A stretch of DNA of 64,000 bases. It comes from a virus. The DNA is taken from positions 1-64,000 of the IMG/VR virus record IMGVR_UViG_3300032164_000006; one strand, 5' to 3'. The notes below the pieces were generated by a model. It did no database searches and was not told the origin of the DNA. It worked only from the letters and a program-made list of their open reading frames with translations. A program made the position numbers and the translations under genes. Of the stretch, positions 28,601 through 37,940 are shown one piece after another; the stretch's first letter is position 1, and each line of letters opens with the position of its first letter.

Positions 28601-28976
28601 CATAGTGAACCAGACAAATCCACAGGCTATGCCTTCTAAAGATGGCACAATCACAGTTCCGTCTATAACTCCACCTCCATCTCTAACCAAGCCAGAGGGT
28701 GGGAAAAAGCCGACAGCAGAAGCACAAGCCGCTAGAAACTATGGATCAGAAGTGGCAATGAAGACTGGCGGTGGACCGCAGATTCTTGTCAACATTCCTG
28801 CTCCACAGGTTCAGCTAGGCGATATCATTGTTGATCTAAAAGTAGCACAGAGTGCAGACGGAACGTACTCGCTAGTTAAGAAGGCAATCAGACACGAAGC
28901 AAACAAAGCAGGAACCCAACTAGATTTAACAGCACAAGAGGGTATCTCTCAATCTGGTCACAAAGCTGCAAACTAG
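25659..28976 (+). CDS. tail tape measure protein (TP901-like core)
   Basis: FEKQMSSV..LGASTVYSATEAAAGLDFLATAG..GIKGSSAGT; Ala/Thr-rich repeats; ANPIGLVVLGIAAL..LYKNWD. Confidence 0.93.
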   Translation: MSFNLSAILNFKAPGVKDELDKVNQSFSNLKTSGQRVTQGTNQVAGGMKAVGLAGAGLAAGVSYSVNEHIAFEKQMSSVIAKMDDGKENFSNLELVAKQLGASTVYSATEAAAGLDFLATAGYSAKEAIGVLPTVLKTAAASNMGLAQTTSIVADSLANLSPVMGIYGDKTQQAVVLSDMLAMAGAKTNSEVSDLGEAITYGGGALANLGIPLEEIIGSLGLLANAGIKGSSAGTAMVNMFAKLQDPTEDAHKWLAAMGIAYKDFIDQDTGKLLRMDKIIGMVGEKASGLGDSFDVGAALAEIFGLRGQKAFFAMNNTLKQAPDLFDSLRNSLGESDKMYKIMTDNLWGMTQNFQSAAEGVRLELGKMVAEQGGLLQMGNSVIDPIQNLANAFMALNIPVEQYATLEQQMGKEKFGELFKVLTTDVGQFAVGVRDGFLSAKKGIGEFATSLWTTMGLTSGTAESYKQLGEKIGKFATWLAVIGPVILGVGAAFMFIAPIITSVVGIVNLFVGACTLVTSVVTGVVSGLAVLRTAFMGSALQIQLTTWWTNAFGVSTTRSTAATILSSAATRVAAIAQGTYNVVMLVGLNIMNLLKWAFLGTASAISSTTLATKLITVATRTAAIATAAWTAVVAFGTAIMTAIRARIMGTIVATWLSVAASRAATIAQAIWSAATVVGTGILTAFRSGTLLVRAAQLAGVAVMYVMTAAQWAFNVALNANPIGLVVLGIAALIGVGYLLYKNWDTITSGLQRAWTWFKNLLAPIGELWNKMNVGENLMYALSNPMEVLKAGVTALGNGWDYVITKITAAWDWIKRIMSSGMEKVAGWFGFGDTEMTMTQNMEPAYMSGPQVMAPPQEKPKEKGVWDKMKSWVGLGDTQPTPQQLAQQQPQQGKQPTQTPQTIAAEAGKPVGQQPTVQTNKPFKGSMPNLPNVWKPKGEKKKGTGKGGGGNKDLEEENRMLDQMLNRLMMPTVSEDQPIVSNIVNQTNPQAMPSKDGTITVPSITPPPSLTKPEGGKKPTAEAQAARNYGSEVAMKTGGGPQILVNIPAPQVQLGDIIVDLKVAQSADGTYSLVKKAIRHEANKAGTQLDLTAQEGISQSGHKAAN

Positions 28977-28985
28977 GAGGCACGA

Positions 28986-30014
28986 ATGGGATATGATCTT
29001 AAGAAAATAAATAGAACAAGCAAGACTACGAAGTCTTTGATTAAGAAGACTTCAATAAATGCTGCGAAAAAGACGATATCTGAGTTCAGTGCGAAATACG
29101 ATGCACAGATACGAGCAAAGGCAGCACGTTCGGGCATGAGTGACTTCCTAGGCTTGACTCCGGCGAATACGTGGCGTCTAAAGATGATTGATCCACCCTA
29201 CTCGTCTTTTGTTGGTCAGCATCGAGCAGAAAATTTACTGGAAGCCATAGGTGCCAGAATTGGAGACAAGGGAGCTTTAAATAAGCAAGATACAGATAAG
29301 ACTTGGCTTGGAGGAGAACCAGGAACTGTCCAGTTTTCTACAAGAGTTTGGGCAACAGATTCGACCAAGAGTGTTAGGGCTTCTGTTGAAACGCTGAGAG
29401 AATTTACCAAGCGAGATCCAACGCTCAAACGTGCTCCTCTTTTCGTCTTTACATCTGGTATCGACCTACGTTTCAACGTCTTTGTCAAATCCATAGGTGG
29501 AGTCGAGTACGACAACCCACGCCAAGATGGAACAATCCGAGGAGCGACATTCAAGGTCACGCTTGTTATTGTGGACGAAGTGCCTACAGAACAAACAACA
29601 ATGTCGCTGTCTAGCCTTTGTAAGACGGGACTAGGCATCATTAGTTCGGCGGCTGTTTCTGCATGGGGATCAGTTTCTAAATGGATGAACGTTCCGGGAG
29701 GATCCCTCCACGTCAAAGGCAAGCAAATCATTATCAAGGATGGGCAGACCTTTGAGCATATAGCACAGCAAGAGTATGGAGACGCAAGAGCTGGAGATAT
29801 ACTCAGAAGGGTACATTACGACAACCCTAGAAATATCATCAAGAATTCACTAGAGGTTGGAGACTACATTGACCTTGTGGCAAACGAAGACATATCAAAA
29901 ATAAGTGTGACACCACAGTCGATAGCTTTGAAAGAAACCACTGCGAACCTGCAAAATATACGAGATCATTTTCAGATGAGAAGCGAAGAAAGGAAGTTAT
30001 ATTCAGGTGGCTAA
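28986..30014 (+). CDS. tail tube initiator / LysM-like tail protein
   Basis: Tube-like N-terminal domain plus KDGQTFEHIAQQEYGD LysM-like motif; follows tape measure. Confidence 0.7.
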   Translation: MGYDLKKINRTSKTTKSLIKKTSINAAKKTISEFSAKYDAQIRAKAARSGMSDFLGLTPANTWRLKMIDPPYSSFVGQHRAENLLEAIGARIGDKGALNKQDTDKTWLGGEPGTVQFSTRVWATDSTKSVRASVETLREFTKRDPTLKRAPLFVFTSGIDLRFNVFVKSIGGVEYDNPRQDGTIRGATFKVTLVIVDEVPTEQTTMSLSSLCKTGLGIISSAAVSAWGSVSKWMNVPGGSLHVKGKQIIIKDGQTFEHIAQQEYGDARAGDILRRVHYDNPRNIIKNSLEVGDYIDLVANEDISKISVTPQSIALKETTANLQNIRDHFQMRSEERKLYSGG

Positions 30015-31248
30015 CTATATAAACGACCCATTCGCACCCAATTGCGTTCTACTTATCAACGACATAGAGTTGGAAGATAGGTTGATGAACTGCATTTCGG
30101 ATATCACATTTGAGGACGAGAGCGACAGTGCTTCTTCTCTGACATTCAATGTAGCATACCAGATGAACATCATAGGCGGGATATCGACAGACATACTCAG
30201 GTCAAAGCTATTTGCTCCGGGAAATAAGATTGTTCTCAGAGGTGGGTATGGTATCGACGTTATAGAAATAGGTGCGGGATACATCTCGGAGATAGAGCCA
30301 AACTTTGCAGAAGATTCTCCACCATCTTTTCGAGTTATTTGCTACGACAAACTCCACACGCTATCGCTAATGAAATCAGAGACTGGGAGGTCATGGATAT
30401 CATCATGGCGAGACAGCCAGATAGCAACATTCATAGGATCAGAAGCTGGTTTCTCAATCTCGCAAACTGATTCCGCTTCCCTAGAGGGTATCCGTAAGAC
30501 TCGAAGTAGATATGGAGAACAGCCTAGGGTGCAGAAAAGAGGAGAAAGTCATTACAACTTTCTGCGTAGCCTTGCAGACCAAAACGGATTTGAGTTGGCT
30601 TGTAGATGGGATGGAAAAGAAGACAAATTTAGACTGTATGTTGAACCAGCCAAGGATCAAACCAAGCCTCTTTTTATATTTGAATATGGCCAGAATTCCA
30701 CGTATCCGATATCTGATGTGGACGGAGAACTTATCGGTAGTCTTCTGTCATTCTCGCCACGCTTTTCTGTAACTTCGCAGTTCACAAAGTACAGAGCGTA
30801 TTCTGTAAACTCGCAGGGAGAAGAAATAGCACACACGATGACGCTAGATGAGTTTGTAGAAAAGAAAGATATGAAGTTTGGTGGTCTGTTTGCCGAGGAA
30901 CTAGCCTCGTTTACAAAGGGTTCAACTGGAGGTGGAGCCGACACAATGGCCAATGCCTTTGGGGAGCTTGTAGAAATTGTCTCTACGAAAATTTTCGATA
31001 ACAGACAGCAAGCAAATGAATATTTGAAGATGCACATGAGGAAGCTGGCTAGGGATTTCCTCTCTGGTCCAGCAACAATCAAAGGCAACCAATACGTTCA
31101 GTCTAGACAGGTACATGAATTTAGGGGTCTCGGTCCACTGTTCGATGGGAAATACTACGTCAAAACTGCAAAGCATACTTTCACGGATAGTGGATACACG
31201 ACAGTGATGGAAGTTAGAAAAACAACACCAGAAGAGAAGACACAATGA
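30007..31248 (+). CDS. baseplate hub / late control protein D-like
   Basis: QKRGESHYNFLRSLA..GFE and FDGKYYVKTAKHTFTDSGYTT motifs. Confidence 0.8.
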   Translation: MANYINDPFAPNCVLLINDIELEDRLMNCISDITFEDESDSASSLTFNVAYQMNIIGGISTDILRSKLFAPGNKIVLRGGYGIDVIEIGAGYISEIEPNFAEDSPPSFRVICYDKLHTLSLMKSETGRSWISSWRDSQIATFIGSEAGFSISQTDSASLEGIRKTRSRYGEQPRVQKRGESHYNFLRSLADQNGFELACRWDGKEDKFRLYVEPAKDQTKPLFIFEYGQNSTYPISDVDGELIGSLLSFSPRFSVTSQFTKYRAYSVNSQGEEIAHTMTLDEFVEKKDMKFGGLFAEELASFTKGSTGGGADTMANAFGELVEIVSTKIFDNRQQANEYLKMHMRKLARDFLSGPATIKGNQYVQSRQVHEFRGLGPLFDGKYYVKTAKHTFTDSGYTTVMEVRKTTPEEKTQ

Positions 31249-32708
31249 GTAAAGAATTCTACATGGCAGTTGTTACCAGAAATGTTGAGAAGGCTTCTGG
31301 GAAAACTGATGCAGCACAGACAGCAGACGTCAGTTCCAAAACCCTAATGGGTGCTGTCTACTTTCAGTGCAGCAATATCAGCAACGGAGAATACCCAATA
31401 CCAGCTAGACCAACCTTCGGGTTCGCGGGTTCAAACGGTGGAGGCCTGTTTTGGGTTCCAAAAGTTGGTGACCATATTTTGGTTATGCTCGACACTCAGC
31501 TAGACCAGCCACAACCATTCTACATCTGCTCGGTGTACACCATCCCAAACAACCCAATCCACGAGGAGTGGGAAACGAACTATCCAAACAGGATGGGGTG
31601 GATAAGCAACATTGGACACCAATTTATTTTTGACGATACAGATTACGACGAGCTCATAAGAATCCAACACGCCTTTGGTGGAATGATTGAGATGGATTCT
31701 GGTGGGAACTACTATGAGAAGGTTCTCTCGAACAGGTTCTCGGAGGTTGCTGCTCACTCGGAACACGAGGTGAGGAAGGACCTGATATATACGGTGATTG
31801 GTAATCACCTAATGGATATCCGCAAAGACTACAATCTAAAAGTCAAGGGTAACAACACCACGACAATTCAAGGAGATTATACCCTAGAGGTTCTTGGAAA
31901 TTTTGTTTTCAAACAGAAAGAAATGATCCAAGAGTTTGGCTCCGTAACAGAGGTTACAAAAGGAGCCAAAAATGTGTCTGTAGATGGCGGTATGAACGAA
32001 ACAGTTGGCGGCTGTCTTGGTCATGCTATTGTGTCCAACTACTCTAGAACTATTGGTGGAAACGAAGCCATTCTTGTTTCTGGAAGCACCTCACGAACAT
32101 TCGGCCTAGGGTACACAGAAACAGTCGCACTTGGAAACAAAGACGTCGTAATGTTGCTAGGCAATTACACGCTGATGATAACAGCCGGAAACATTGACCT
32201 AACGACAGTAGCTGGAACGACAAATATTGGGAACCTGCTAGGTGCTCTGGCTGTGGATATTGCAGGTGCAATTGAAGCCGGAAACTTTCTAGGTAGTCTG
32301 TCTATCGACGCTGTGGGAGCAATCACTCTGTCTGGTCCAATTGGTAGTATCTCGATAGATGTTACCGGAGCCATTGACGTGAGCAACGCTGTCGGTGGAG
32401 TTAGTATAGACGCAACGGGAGCAATTGATGCGAGCAACGCTGTCGGTGGTTTGAGTATAGATGCAACAGGATCAATCATGCTCAGTAATCCAATGGGTGA
32501 GTTCAGTATGGACCCGACTGGTACTGGAAAATTCGGGGGAGCTACAGGCTATGTCCAGATTGATCCAGCTGGGAACATAACAATCTTTGGAACGACGACG
32601 ACAGTTGGAGCTGGTGGAGGCTCTGTTCTTACAAACTTGACAGATCCAGTTGTGGACACCATCACAGGTGCTCCACATATTGGTCTACCTACATTTACAG
32701 CGGGATAA
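31245..32708 (+). CDS. baseplate central spike (gpV/gp5/VgrG-like OB fold plus beta-helix)
   Basis: GGLFWVPKVGDHILV, GHQFIFDDT..IRIQH..G, and C-terminal 17-aa repeats (GGVSIDATGAIDASNAV). Confidence 0.85.
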   Translation: MSKEFYMAVVTRNVEKASGKTDAAQTADVSSKTLMGAVYFQCSNISNGEYPIPARPTFGFAGSNGGGLFWVPKVGDHILVMLDTQLDQPQPFYICSVYTIPNNPIHEEWETNYPNRMGWISNIGHQFIFDDTDYDELIRIQHAFGGMIEMDSGGNYYEKVLSNRFSEVAAHSEHEVRKDLIYTVIGNHLMDIRKDYNLKVKGNNTTTIQGDYTLEVLGNFVFKQKEMIQEFGSVTEVTKGAKNVSVDGGMNETVGGCLGHAIVSNYSRTIGGNEAILVSGSTSRTFGLGYTETVALGNKDVVMLLGNYTLMITAGNIDLTTVAGTTNIGNLLGALAVDIAGAIEAGNFLGSLSIDAVGAITLSGPIGSISIDVTGAIDVSNAVGGVSIDATGAIDASNAVGGLSIDATGSIMLSNPMGEFSMDPTGTGKFGGATGYVQIDPAGNITIFGTTTTVGAGGGSVLTNLTDPVVDTITGAPHIGLPTFTAG

Positions 32709-32712
32709 TGCT

Positions 32713-32994
32713 ATGGCTTGGAAACAGCTAACGGAGCGTGGAAAACCAGACGTAGAAAGGCTTATCAGCATAGCCAAAAAACTGGAAGCCATACGGGACT
32801 TAGAGATAGAAGACGCAAAAGACAAGCTGAAAAAGATTGCAGACGTTATGAAAATTCACGTTGAAGTGAGCAAAAATTTGGAGACGAGAAATGCCTTGGC
32901 AAAACAAACCACTACTCCCACCATTACATCCAAAACTCCTGACTCTCGCAAACGACATCAGTGGAGTCGCCTCCGCCGTGGGTGCAGTTCTTGA
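32713..32994 (+). CDS. small hypothetical coiled-coil protein
   Basis: ATG 32713 just after the spike stop; its last ~34 codons overlap the next gene. Confidence 0.45.
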   Translation: MAWKQLTERGKPDVERLISIAKKLEAIRDLEIEDAKDKLKKIADVMKIHVEVSKNLETRNALAKQTTTPTITSKTPDSRKRHQWSRLRRGCSS

Positions 32995-33847
32995 AGTGGT
33001 TGGTGAGCTGCTAGAGGTTGCAAAGATATTCTATCTCCTAGTGACAGACCCATATAAGGCTCTTGTTGCTGCTCTAATAACTGAGTTGGAAGACTTAGTT
33101 AACGACATGTTTTCGACTGGAGTTTACCAGCTAGTAATAGATCCATTCCAAGTGTTTTCTGCTGGAACAAAAAAAGACAGGTGGGGTATTCCGCTTCTAA
33201 CTCCAGCCGACGCAATCAACGCTGCAATCAAATCTTTCGATGATTTGGCAGATGAGAATAGGCCAATATTTTCACCAGACTCGAAAATTGCTGCTCTAGG
33301 CATCATGGTAACGTCACCTAGCTACGGAGAATTGGTTAGTCTACTTCAGTCGCTGTGGAACGTGTTGGGTGTGGATGATATCAAATGGCTACTGGACAAA
33401 CTTGAGAGGGAGAAATACGGGAGACCAAAGTTTTCTCGACCTCCAGATTGGCAGTCTTTGCGTCTTAACGAAATCAAGGTCATGGGTGACGTCCAACAAT
33501 ATCTTTTGGATACCCTTGCCACAACCAAAGGGTACTTGACGACGACAGATGAAATCATTCAGAAAATGATTGATTCTCTAGCTCGCAAGGTTCAAGTGTG
33601 GCAAGATGCAGCAGATATGATTAACATGATTGTCTTAAATATTCAGAACATAGCCAATATGAATCAAGCGTATATTATGGATTTACCAGAAACCTATGGC
33701 GGAGTTGAGCGTATCAAGCAGGAGTTGATGCATCCAGAATTGATGTACAACAAAGTGAATAAATACACTTTCATGTATCTGTGTGTTGGAGGGGGACCAA
33801 GCCTAAAGACGTGCGAGCTACTGAGGCAATTGATGACGGGACATTAA
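32891..33847 (+). CDS. hypothetical helical baseplate-associated protein
   Basis: GGAG upstream; 318 aa; located in the baseplate cluster. Confidence 0.6.
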   Translation: MPWQNKPLLPPLHPKLLTLANDISGVASAVGAVLEVVGELLEVAKIFYLLVTDPYKALVAALITELEDLVNDMFSTGVYQLVIDPFQVFSAGTKKDRWGIPLLTPADAINAAIKSFDDLADENRPIFSPDSKIAALGIMVTSPSYGELVSLLQSLWNVLGVDDIKWLLDKLEREKYGRPKFSRPPDWQSLRLNEIKVMGDVQQYLLDTLATTKGYLTTTDEIIQKMIDSLARKVQVWQDAADMINMIVLNIQNIANMNQAYIMDLPETYGGVERIKQELMHPELMYNKVNKYTFMYLCVGGGPSLKTCELLRQLMTGH

Positions 33848-33848
33848 G

Positions 33849-34064
33849 ATGAATAATAGTGAATTGATAGAGTTTACTCAGGCTTCATATTTGGATTGCG
33901 AGAAGTATGATGCTCTATACCGAGAGATGCAACAACTTACGATGAAATATAATTGCGACCTAGGTGGTCTTTCGCTTGTGAAACTTGAGGGTGCAAAAAT
34001 ATATTTCCAAAGTGCTGTTTACCATTGGGCAGAAAAATCTAAAGCGGAGGATAGACGTGATTAA
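33849..34064 (+). CDS. hypothetical protein
   Basis: Short ORF abutting its neighbours. Confidence 0.45.
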   Translation: MNNSELIEFTQASYLDCEKYDALYREMQQLTMKYNCDLGGLSLVKLEGAKIYFQSAVYHWAEKSKAEDRRD

Positions 34065-34431
34065 GTTTAATTGTGATATTTGTGGAAAAGAAACATTTAT
34101 AAATCCACCAACAGAGCAGGTCTTTGTGGAGCAGGAATTCGAGTACGACGTACCAGATCCAGAGAACCCTGCAAAGCTAAAGAAAGAAAAGAAGCTGGTG
34201 AAGGTACCAGAAATGACTGTCATGCGTGTGCAGCATCCAAACGACCCGAACCAAGTGCTGGAGCAGAAGATCCCAAAGCTGAAGGATCTCAAACCTAGAA
34301 TGTGGCGTGTGCAGTTGAGGGTTGGACAGGAAAGCGTGGATAGAGATTTTTGTAAAGAATGTTTGGATAAAGAACTCAAAAGTGATTTAGCTTGTCTGCG
34401 AGATAAACTAGAATCTATAGAGAGGAAATAA
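34057..34431 (+). CDS. hypothetical Zn-binding protein (CDIC...CKEC)
   Basis: RBS GGAGG before GTG 34057; two CxxC pairs at the termini. Confidence 0.6.
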   Translation: MIKFNCDICGKETFINPPTEQVFVEQEFEYDVPDPENPAKLKKEKKLVKVPEMTVMRVQHPNDPNQVLEQKIPKLKDLKPRMWRVQLRVGQESVDRDFCKECLDKELKSDLACLRDKLESIERK

Positions 34432-35045
34432 TGCCGATAGTTGGTGCAACAATGGTTTCTGAGATGCAGTCGTTCTGGGCTGGAAAAGGCTGGATGGGTG
34501 CAGACTTGGTAAATTTGGCAACGGCGATAGGAAATGGAGCCGCTGCTGGAATGATTGGTGCAACATTTACGACAATGGATACGGGATCTGGACCAACTCC
34601 AGGAACTGGAACAGGTGTTGGAATCACAATAGTTCCAGCCGCTCTTTCGTCTGCAATTCTAGCTGGTCTGATGTCTCAGTTCCCTCCCGGAGGGAAAGAC
34701 CTACCAGATCTGTGCGACGGGATTGCAAACGCAATAGCGAATGGACTGATGATGGCAACTCTAACTTCTATGCACCCTCTATGCTTTCTGGGTGCTGGAA
34801 TGATATCCACAGCTAGTGGAGGCGTAGCGTTTATCGGTGCTGGAATAACCAGCAATATTCAAAGCATGGCTCCAACTTTCCTTGGGGAAAATTGGCCTGC
34901 GATATGTGATGTGGTTGGCAAGGAAATAGAGAACGCTGGAAAGATGGCGACAGGGCAAACTGTAATTACAGGTGCTCCGCCTCCACCTCCAGCAACTCCA
35001 ATACCTTGTCCTCCGGGAACGAGTGGAACAGGAACAGTAGCCTAG
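34431..35045 (+). CDS. putative spike-tip protein with three internal repeats
   Basis: Three ~65-aa repeats (G.DL..L..AI.N..MAT); Gly/Pro-rich end; lies just upstream of the gp25-like gene. Confidence 0.5.
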   Translation: MPIVGATMVSEMQSFWAGKGWMGADLVNLATAIGNGAAAGMIGATFTTMDTGSGPTPGTGTGVGITIVPAALSSAILAGLMSQFPPGGKDLPDLCDGIANAIANGLMMATLTSMHPLCFLGAGMISTASGGVAFIGAGITSNIQSMAPTFLGENWPAICDVVGKEIENAGKMATGQTVITGAPPPPPATPIPCPPGTSGTGTVA

Positions 35046-35055
35046 GAGGGTGAAC

Positions 35056-35448
35056 ATGGCGACGGGACTAAAGGTGCCTCTTGTAGCAAGTAAGTCTGGT
35101 GGAGCCGCAATCCAAGACGAGGAAACCCAGCTAGATAAGCTGGTCGTATTGTCGCTGTTAGAGGGTGGGGACGACAATCCATTTCAAGACATAGGGTTAT
35201 CGCCAACTGTTCTGTATAGAGACAATTCTGATTCGGCTAAAGCAGATATGCGGACAGAAATTGAACAAAAACTGAAGTCGTTCAGAGGCAGATTGCAGTT
35301 GACCGACGAAGGAATTGTAATAGAAGAAAAGCAGAATCCAGAAGCAATGAACGAGTATTCGTCGTTCGTTAGGTTCGACTATGTTAATCTTGACGTAAAC
35401 GATGCCCGTGAATTTGCTTCCGCATTTTCTACACTCGGGGATAATTGA
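35056..35448 (+). CDS. baseplate wedge protein (gp25/gpW-like)
   Basis: GLKVPL N-terminus, size and position before baseplate J; RBS AGGAGG. Confidence 0.65.
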   Translation: MATGLKVPLVASKSGGAAIQDEETQLDKLVVLSLLEGGDDNPFQDIGLSPTVLYRDNSDSAKADMRTEIEQKLKSFRGRLQLTDEGIVIEEKQNPEAMNEYSSFVRFDYVNLDVNDAREFASAFSTLGDN

Positions 35449-35463
35449 TAGGGGGATAGGCCG

Positions 35464-37929
35464 ATGGCTGGAACAGTTATTACAGTACCAACAATTGATT
35501 TTTCTAAGATGTACTATGCTGATATTGTTAAGCTGCTGACACAATACAGAAGGAAGAATGTTCCGGCTATTACAGACGAAAGCGAGTATGAACCATACAT
35601 TCAGCTGGAACGTGCCTTCGCCCTAGTCGGACATTTGAACAACGTGCTTTTAGACGTTGTGGCAAACGAGAGTTTGTTGCCGACAGCCAAACTTCTTGAG
35701 AGTGTGCGGAACCACTTGAAATTGATTGGCTACGAAATGTCGCAAGCGTCGCCAGCCACAACTGAAGTCATATACGAATTGTCGAAGGTGTTAACCACAA
35801 CTGTTCAGTTCATTCCACAGTACACACAGGTTGGAACAGCCGAGACAGAATCAAGAGCAGCCATTATTTTCGAGGCGTTGCAGAGTCAGATTGTAGAAAG
35901 AACGGACAGGGTAAGCTACGTCTACACTTGGAACAGTGCGACCATTGATATCATAGACAATGACTTTGAAGTTGGAGACTATGTTTCTATCAATAGCGTT
36001 ACATTTGTTGCCGACACAAACTTCATTGTTGGTTCCACTAGGGAAGAGACTGCCGAGTATCTGCTCAAGGCGATAAACACTTCTGGAGCGGATAACATCA
36101 AGAACAAGATTATGGGTAGACGTGTTGGAACCAAACTCTATCTTTTCAACATGGATGAATTCACACAGATACGGATAGTTAAGTGGGATAACGGAACGTC
36201 TAACTTTGCGATATCTGATGGCTTTTATTCCGCTGAATTCTCTCCTGACGCAAACACAGATGGAACCTACTTTACACCGCTTCCACTTCCGAAGCCAAAC
36301 GACGCAATCTATTTTGGACACAAGAACATTCAGTTCGACAAACTGCAATTCAAAATAGACACCTTCGCCGTTGGCATCACAGGGGTGTGGGAATACTTTG
36401 ACGGAGAGTTGGAGGATGCCAACCCTACGTCTGTTCAGAACCTTGGCTCCAGTCTTAAGATTGATATCTCTAGCATTTTTCAAGCTGGGATAGATTACAG
36501 TGGTGCTCTTGTTAGGGTGAAGCTAGAGGAGACTGCAGTCATCGAGGATGCTGTGTCTTTCTACGAGGGTGGTATCAACTACATCCAAACGTCTGTTCTA
36601 GGCCAAACTAGTCCGGCTATTGCTGCCAACGCCTATGTGATTGGTGCGTATTGGCAAGCACTCCCAGACATTATAGACGACACTCTTAACTTCATTGAGA
36701 ATGGGGATGTTTCGTACACCCTACCAGAAAACGTGACAAGGACATGGAAGAAGCGTGTTCTTATGGCTCTGTACGAAGGCTATTATGTTCGCTATAGGGT
36801 TATCAACACGCTTCCAACATACACAACCCCAATCATGGAGCGTGTCCGTATAGACCAAGGTGGACAGTACGTCAAGGTCAGCGTATCTCAAGGCGAAACA
36901 AGGTCGGAGGATCCACTTGGAAGCTCCAACGGAACACCAAAGCAAGCCTTCACGCTAGTCTACGCACCTCTGATTGTCGGATCTCTAGTGGTAGAGGTGA
37001 ACGAGGGAACTGGCTTCCAGTCGTGGAACAACATATCCAACTTCCTTTCGTCAGATGCAAACTCCAAAGATTACTTTGTAGAGATCAGGGCCGACGACAC
37101 CATCATTGTTTCGTTTGGCGATGGCATCCAAGGGAAGATTCCAGCTCCTGGAGTGGACAACATAAGATGCCGATATAGGATTGGTGCAAGCGAAGATGGG
37201 AACGTTGGTTCTAGTGTAATTACGGATAACGTGAGTGGCATTTCGTTTGTGAATAGGCTGTGGAACCCACGTCAAGCGTTTGGATGGGTACAGAAAGAAG
37301 GTTCGACAAAAGAAAGTTTAGAAAAAGCAAAAATAGAAGGTCCAGCCTCTATCAGGGTTCTTAGTAGAGGTATCACTTCATCCGACATTGAGTATCTAGC
37401 CAAAAAATACAAAGATCCAAACGGCTCGTCAATTGTGACGAGAGCACAGACCTTTGAAGAAACATTTGGCATCAAGACAGTAGAGCTCATTGTTGTGGGT
37501 GTTGGCGGGAACCTTCTTTCTGTCGGCCAGCGTACAGAACTACAAGACTACTACAACGGAAGCAAGGCACGAGGCATAGAAGGCTGTTTGGTTGTGAACC
37601 ATGAAGTGACAGCGGTAAACTACACGAAGAGAATAGTTAACGTAGATGTGACAGTGTATGGTGGAGATCCAATTAAAATTGAGAATGCGTTGCGAGAGTT
37701 CTTGCACCCTGAAGCACTATTTACAGATGGGATAACCTACAGATGGCCATTCAGTACGCTGGAAGTGAAAACATTCCTGCGGCTATCCCTACTCTACTCT
37801 GTCATATACGAAACTGACCCTGCGAATATTAAGAACGTAGTCATAACGAATCCAGTTGAAGACATTGGGTTTGAGTTAAGGGAGCTTCCGTTTTCTGGTG
37901 AAATTAACGTGACTGTCGTAGACATTTGA
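35464..37929 (+). CDS. baseplate J / gp6-like wedge protein
   Basis: IDFSKMYY..D.SEYEP..ANESLLPTA..LIGY; FGDGIQGKIP..YRIG..GNV; RGITSSDIEYLA. Confidence 0.85.
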   Translation: MAGTVITVPTIDFSKMYYADIVKLLTQYRRKNVPAITDESEYEPYIQLERAFALVGHLNNVLLDVVANESLLPTAKLLESVRNHLKLIGYEMSQASPATTEVIYELSKVLTTTVQFIPQYTQVGTAETESRAAIIFEALQSQIVERTDRVSYVYTWNSATIDIIDNDFEVGDYVSINSVTFVADTNFIVGSTREETAEYLLKAINTSGADNIKNKIMGRRVGTKLYLFNMDEFTQIRIVKWDNGTSNFAISDGFYSAEFSPDANTDGTYFTPLPLPKPNDAIYFGHKNIQFDKLQFKIDTFAVGITGVWEYFDGELEDANPTSVQNLGSSLKIDISSIFQAGIDYSGALVRVKLEETAVIEDAVSFYEGGINYIQTSVLGQTSPAIAANAYVIGAYWQALPDIIDDTLNFIENGDVSYTLPENVTRTWKKRVLMALYEGYYVRYRVINTLPTYTTPIMERVRIDQGGQYVKVSVSQGETRSEDPLGSSNGTPKQAFTLVYAPLIVGSLVVEVNEGTGFQSWNNISNFLSSDANSKDYFVEIRADDTIIVSFGDGIQGKIPAPGVDNIRCRYRIGASEDGNVGSSVITDNVSGISFVNRLWNPRQAFGWVQKEGSTKESLEKAKIEGPASIRVLSRGITSSDIEYLAKKYKDPNGSSIVTRAQTFEETFGIKTVELIVVGVGGNLLSVGQRTELQDYYNGSKARGIEGCLVVNHEVTAVNYTKRIVNVDVTVYGGDPIKIENALREFLHPEALFTDGITYRWPFSTLEVKTFLRLSLLYSVIYETDPANIKNVVITNPVEDIGFELRELPFSGEINVTVVDI

Positions 37930-37940
37930 TGGAGTGGTAG

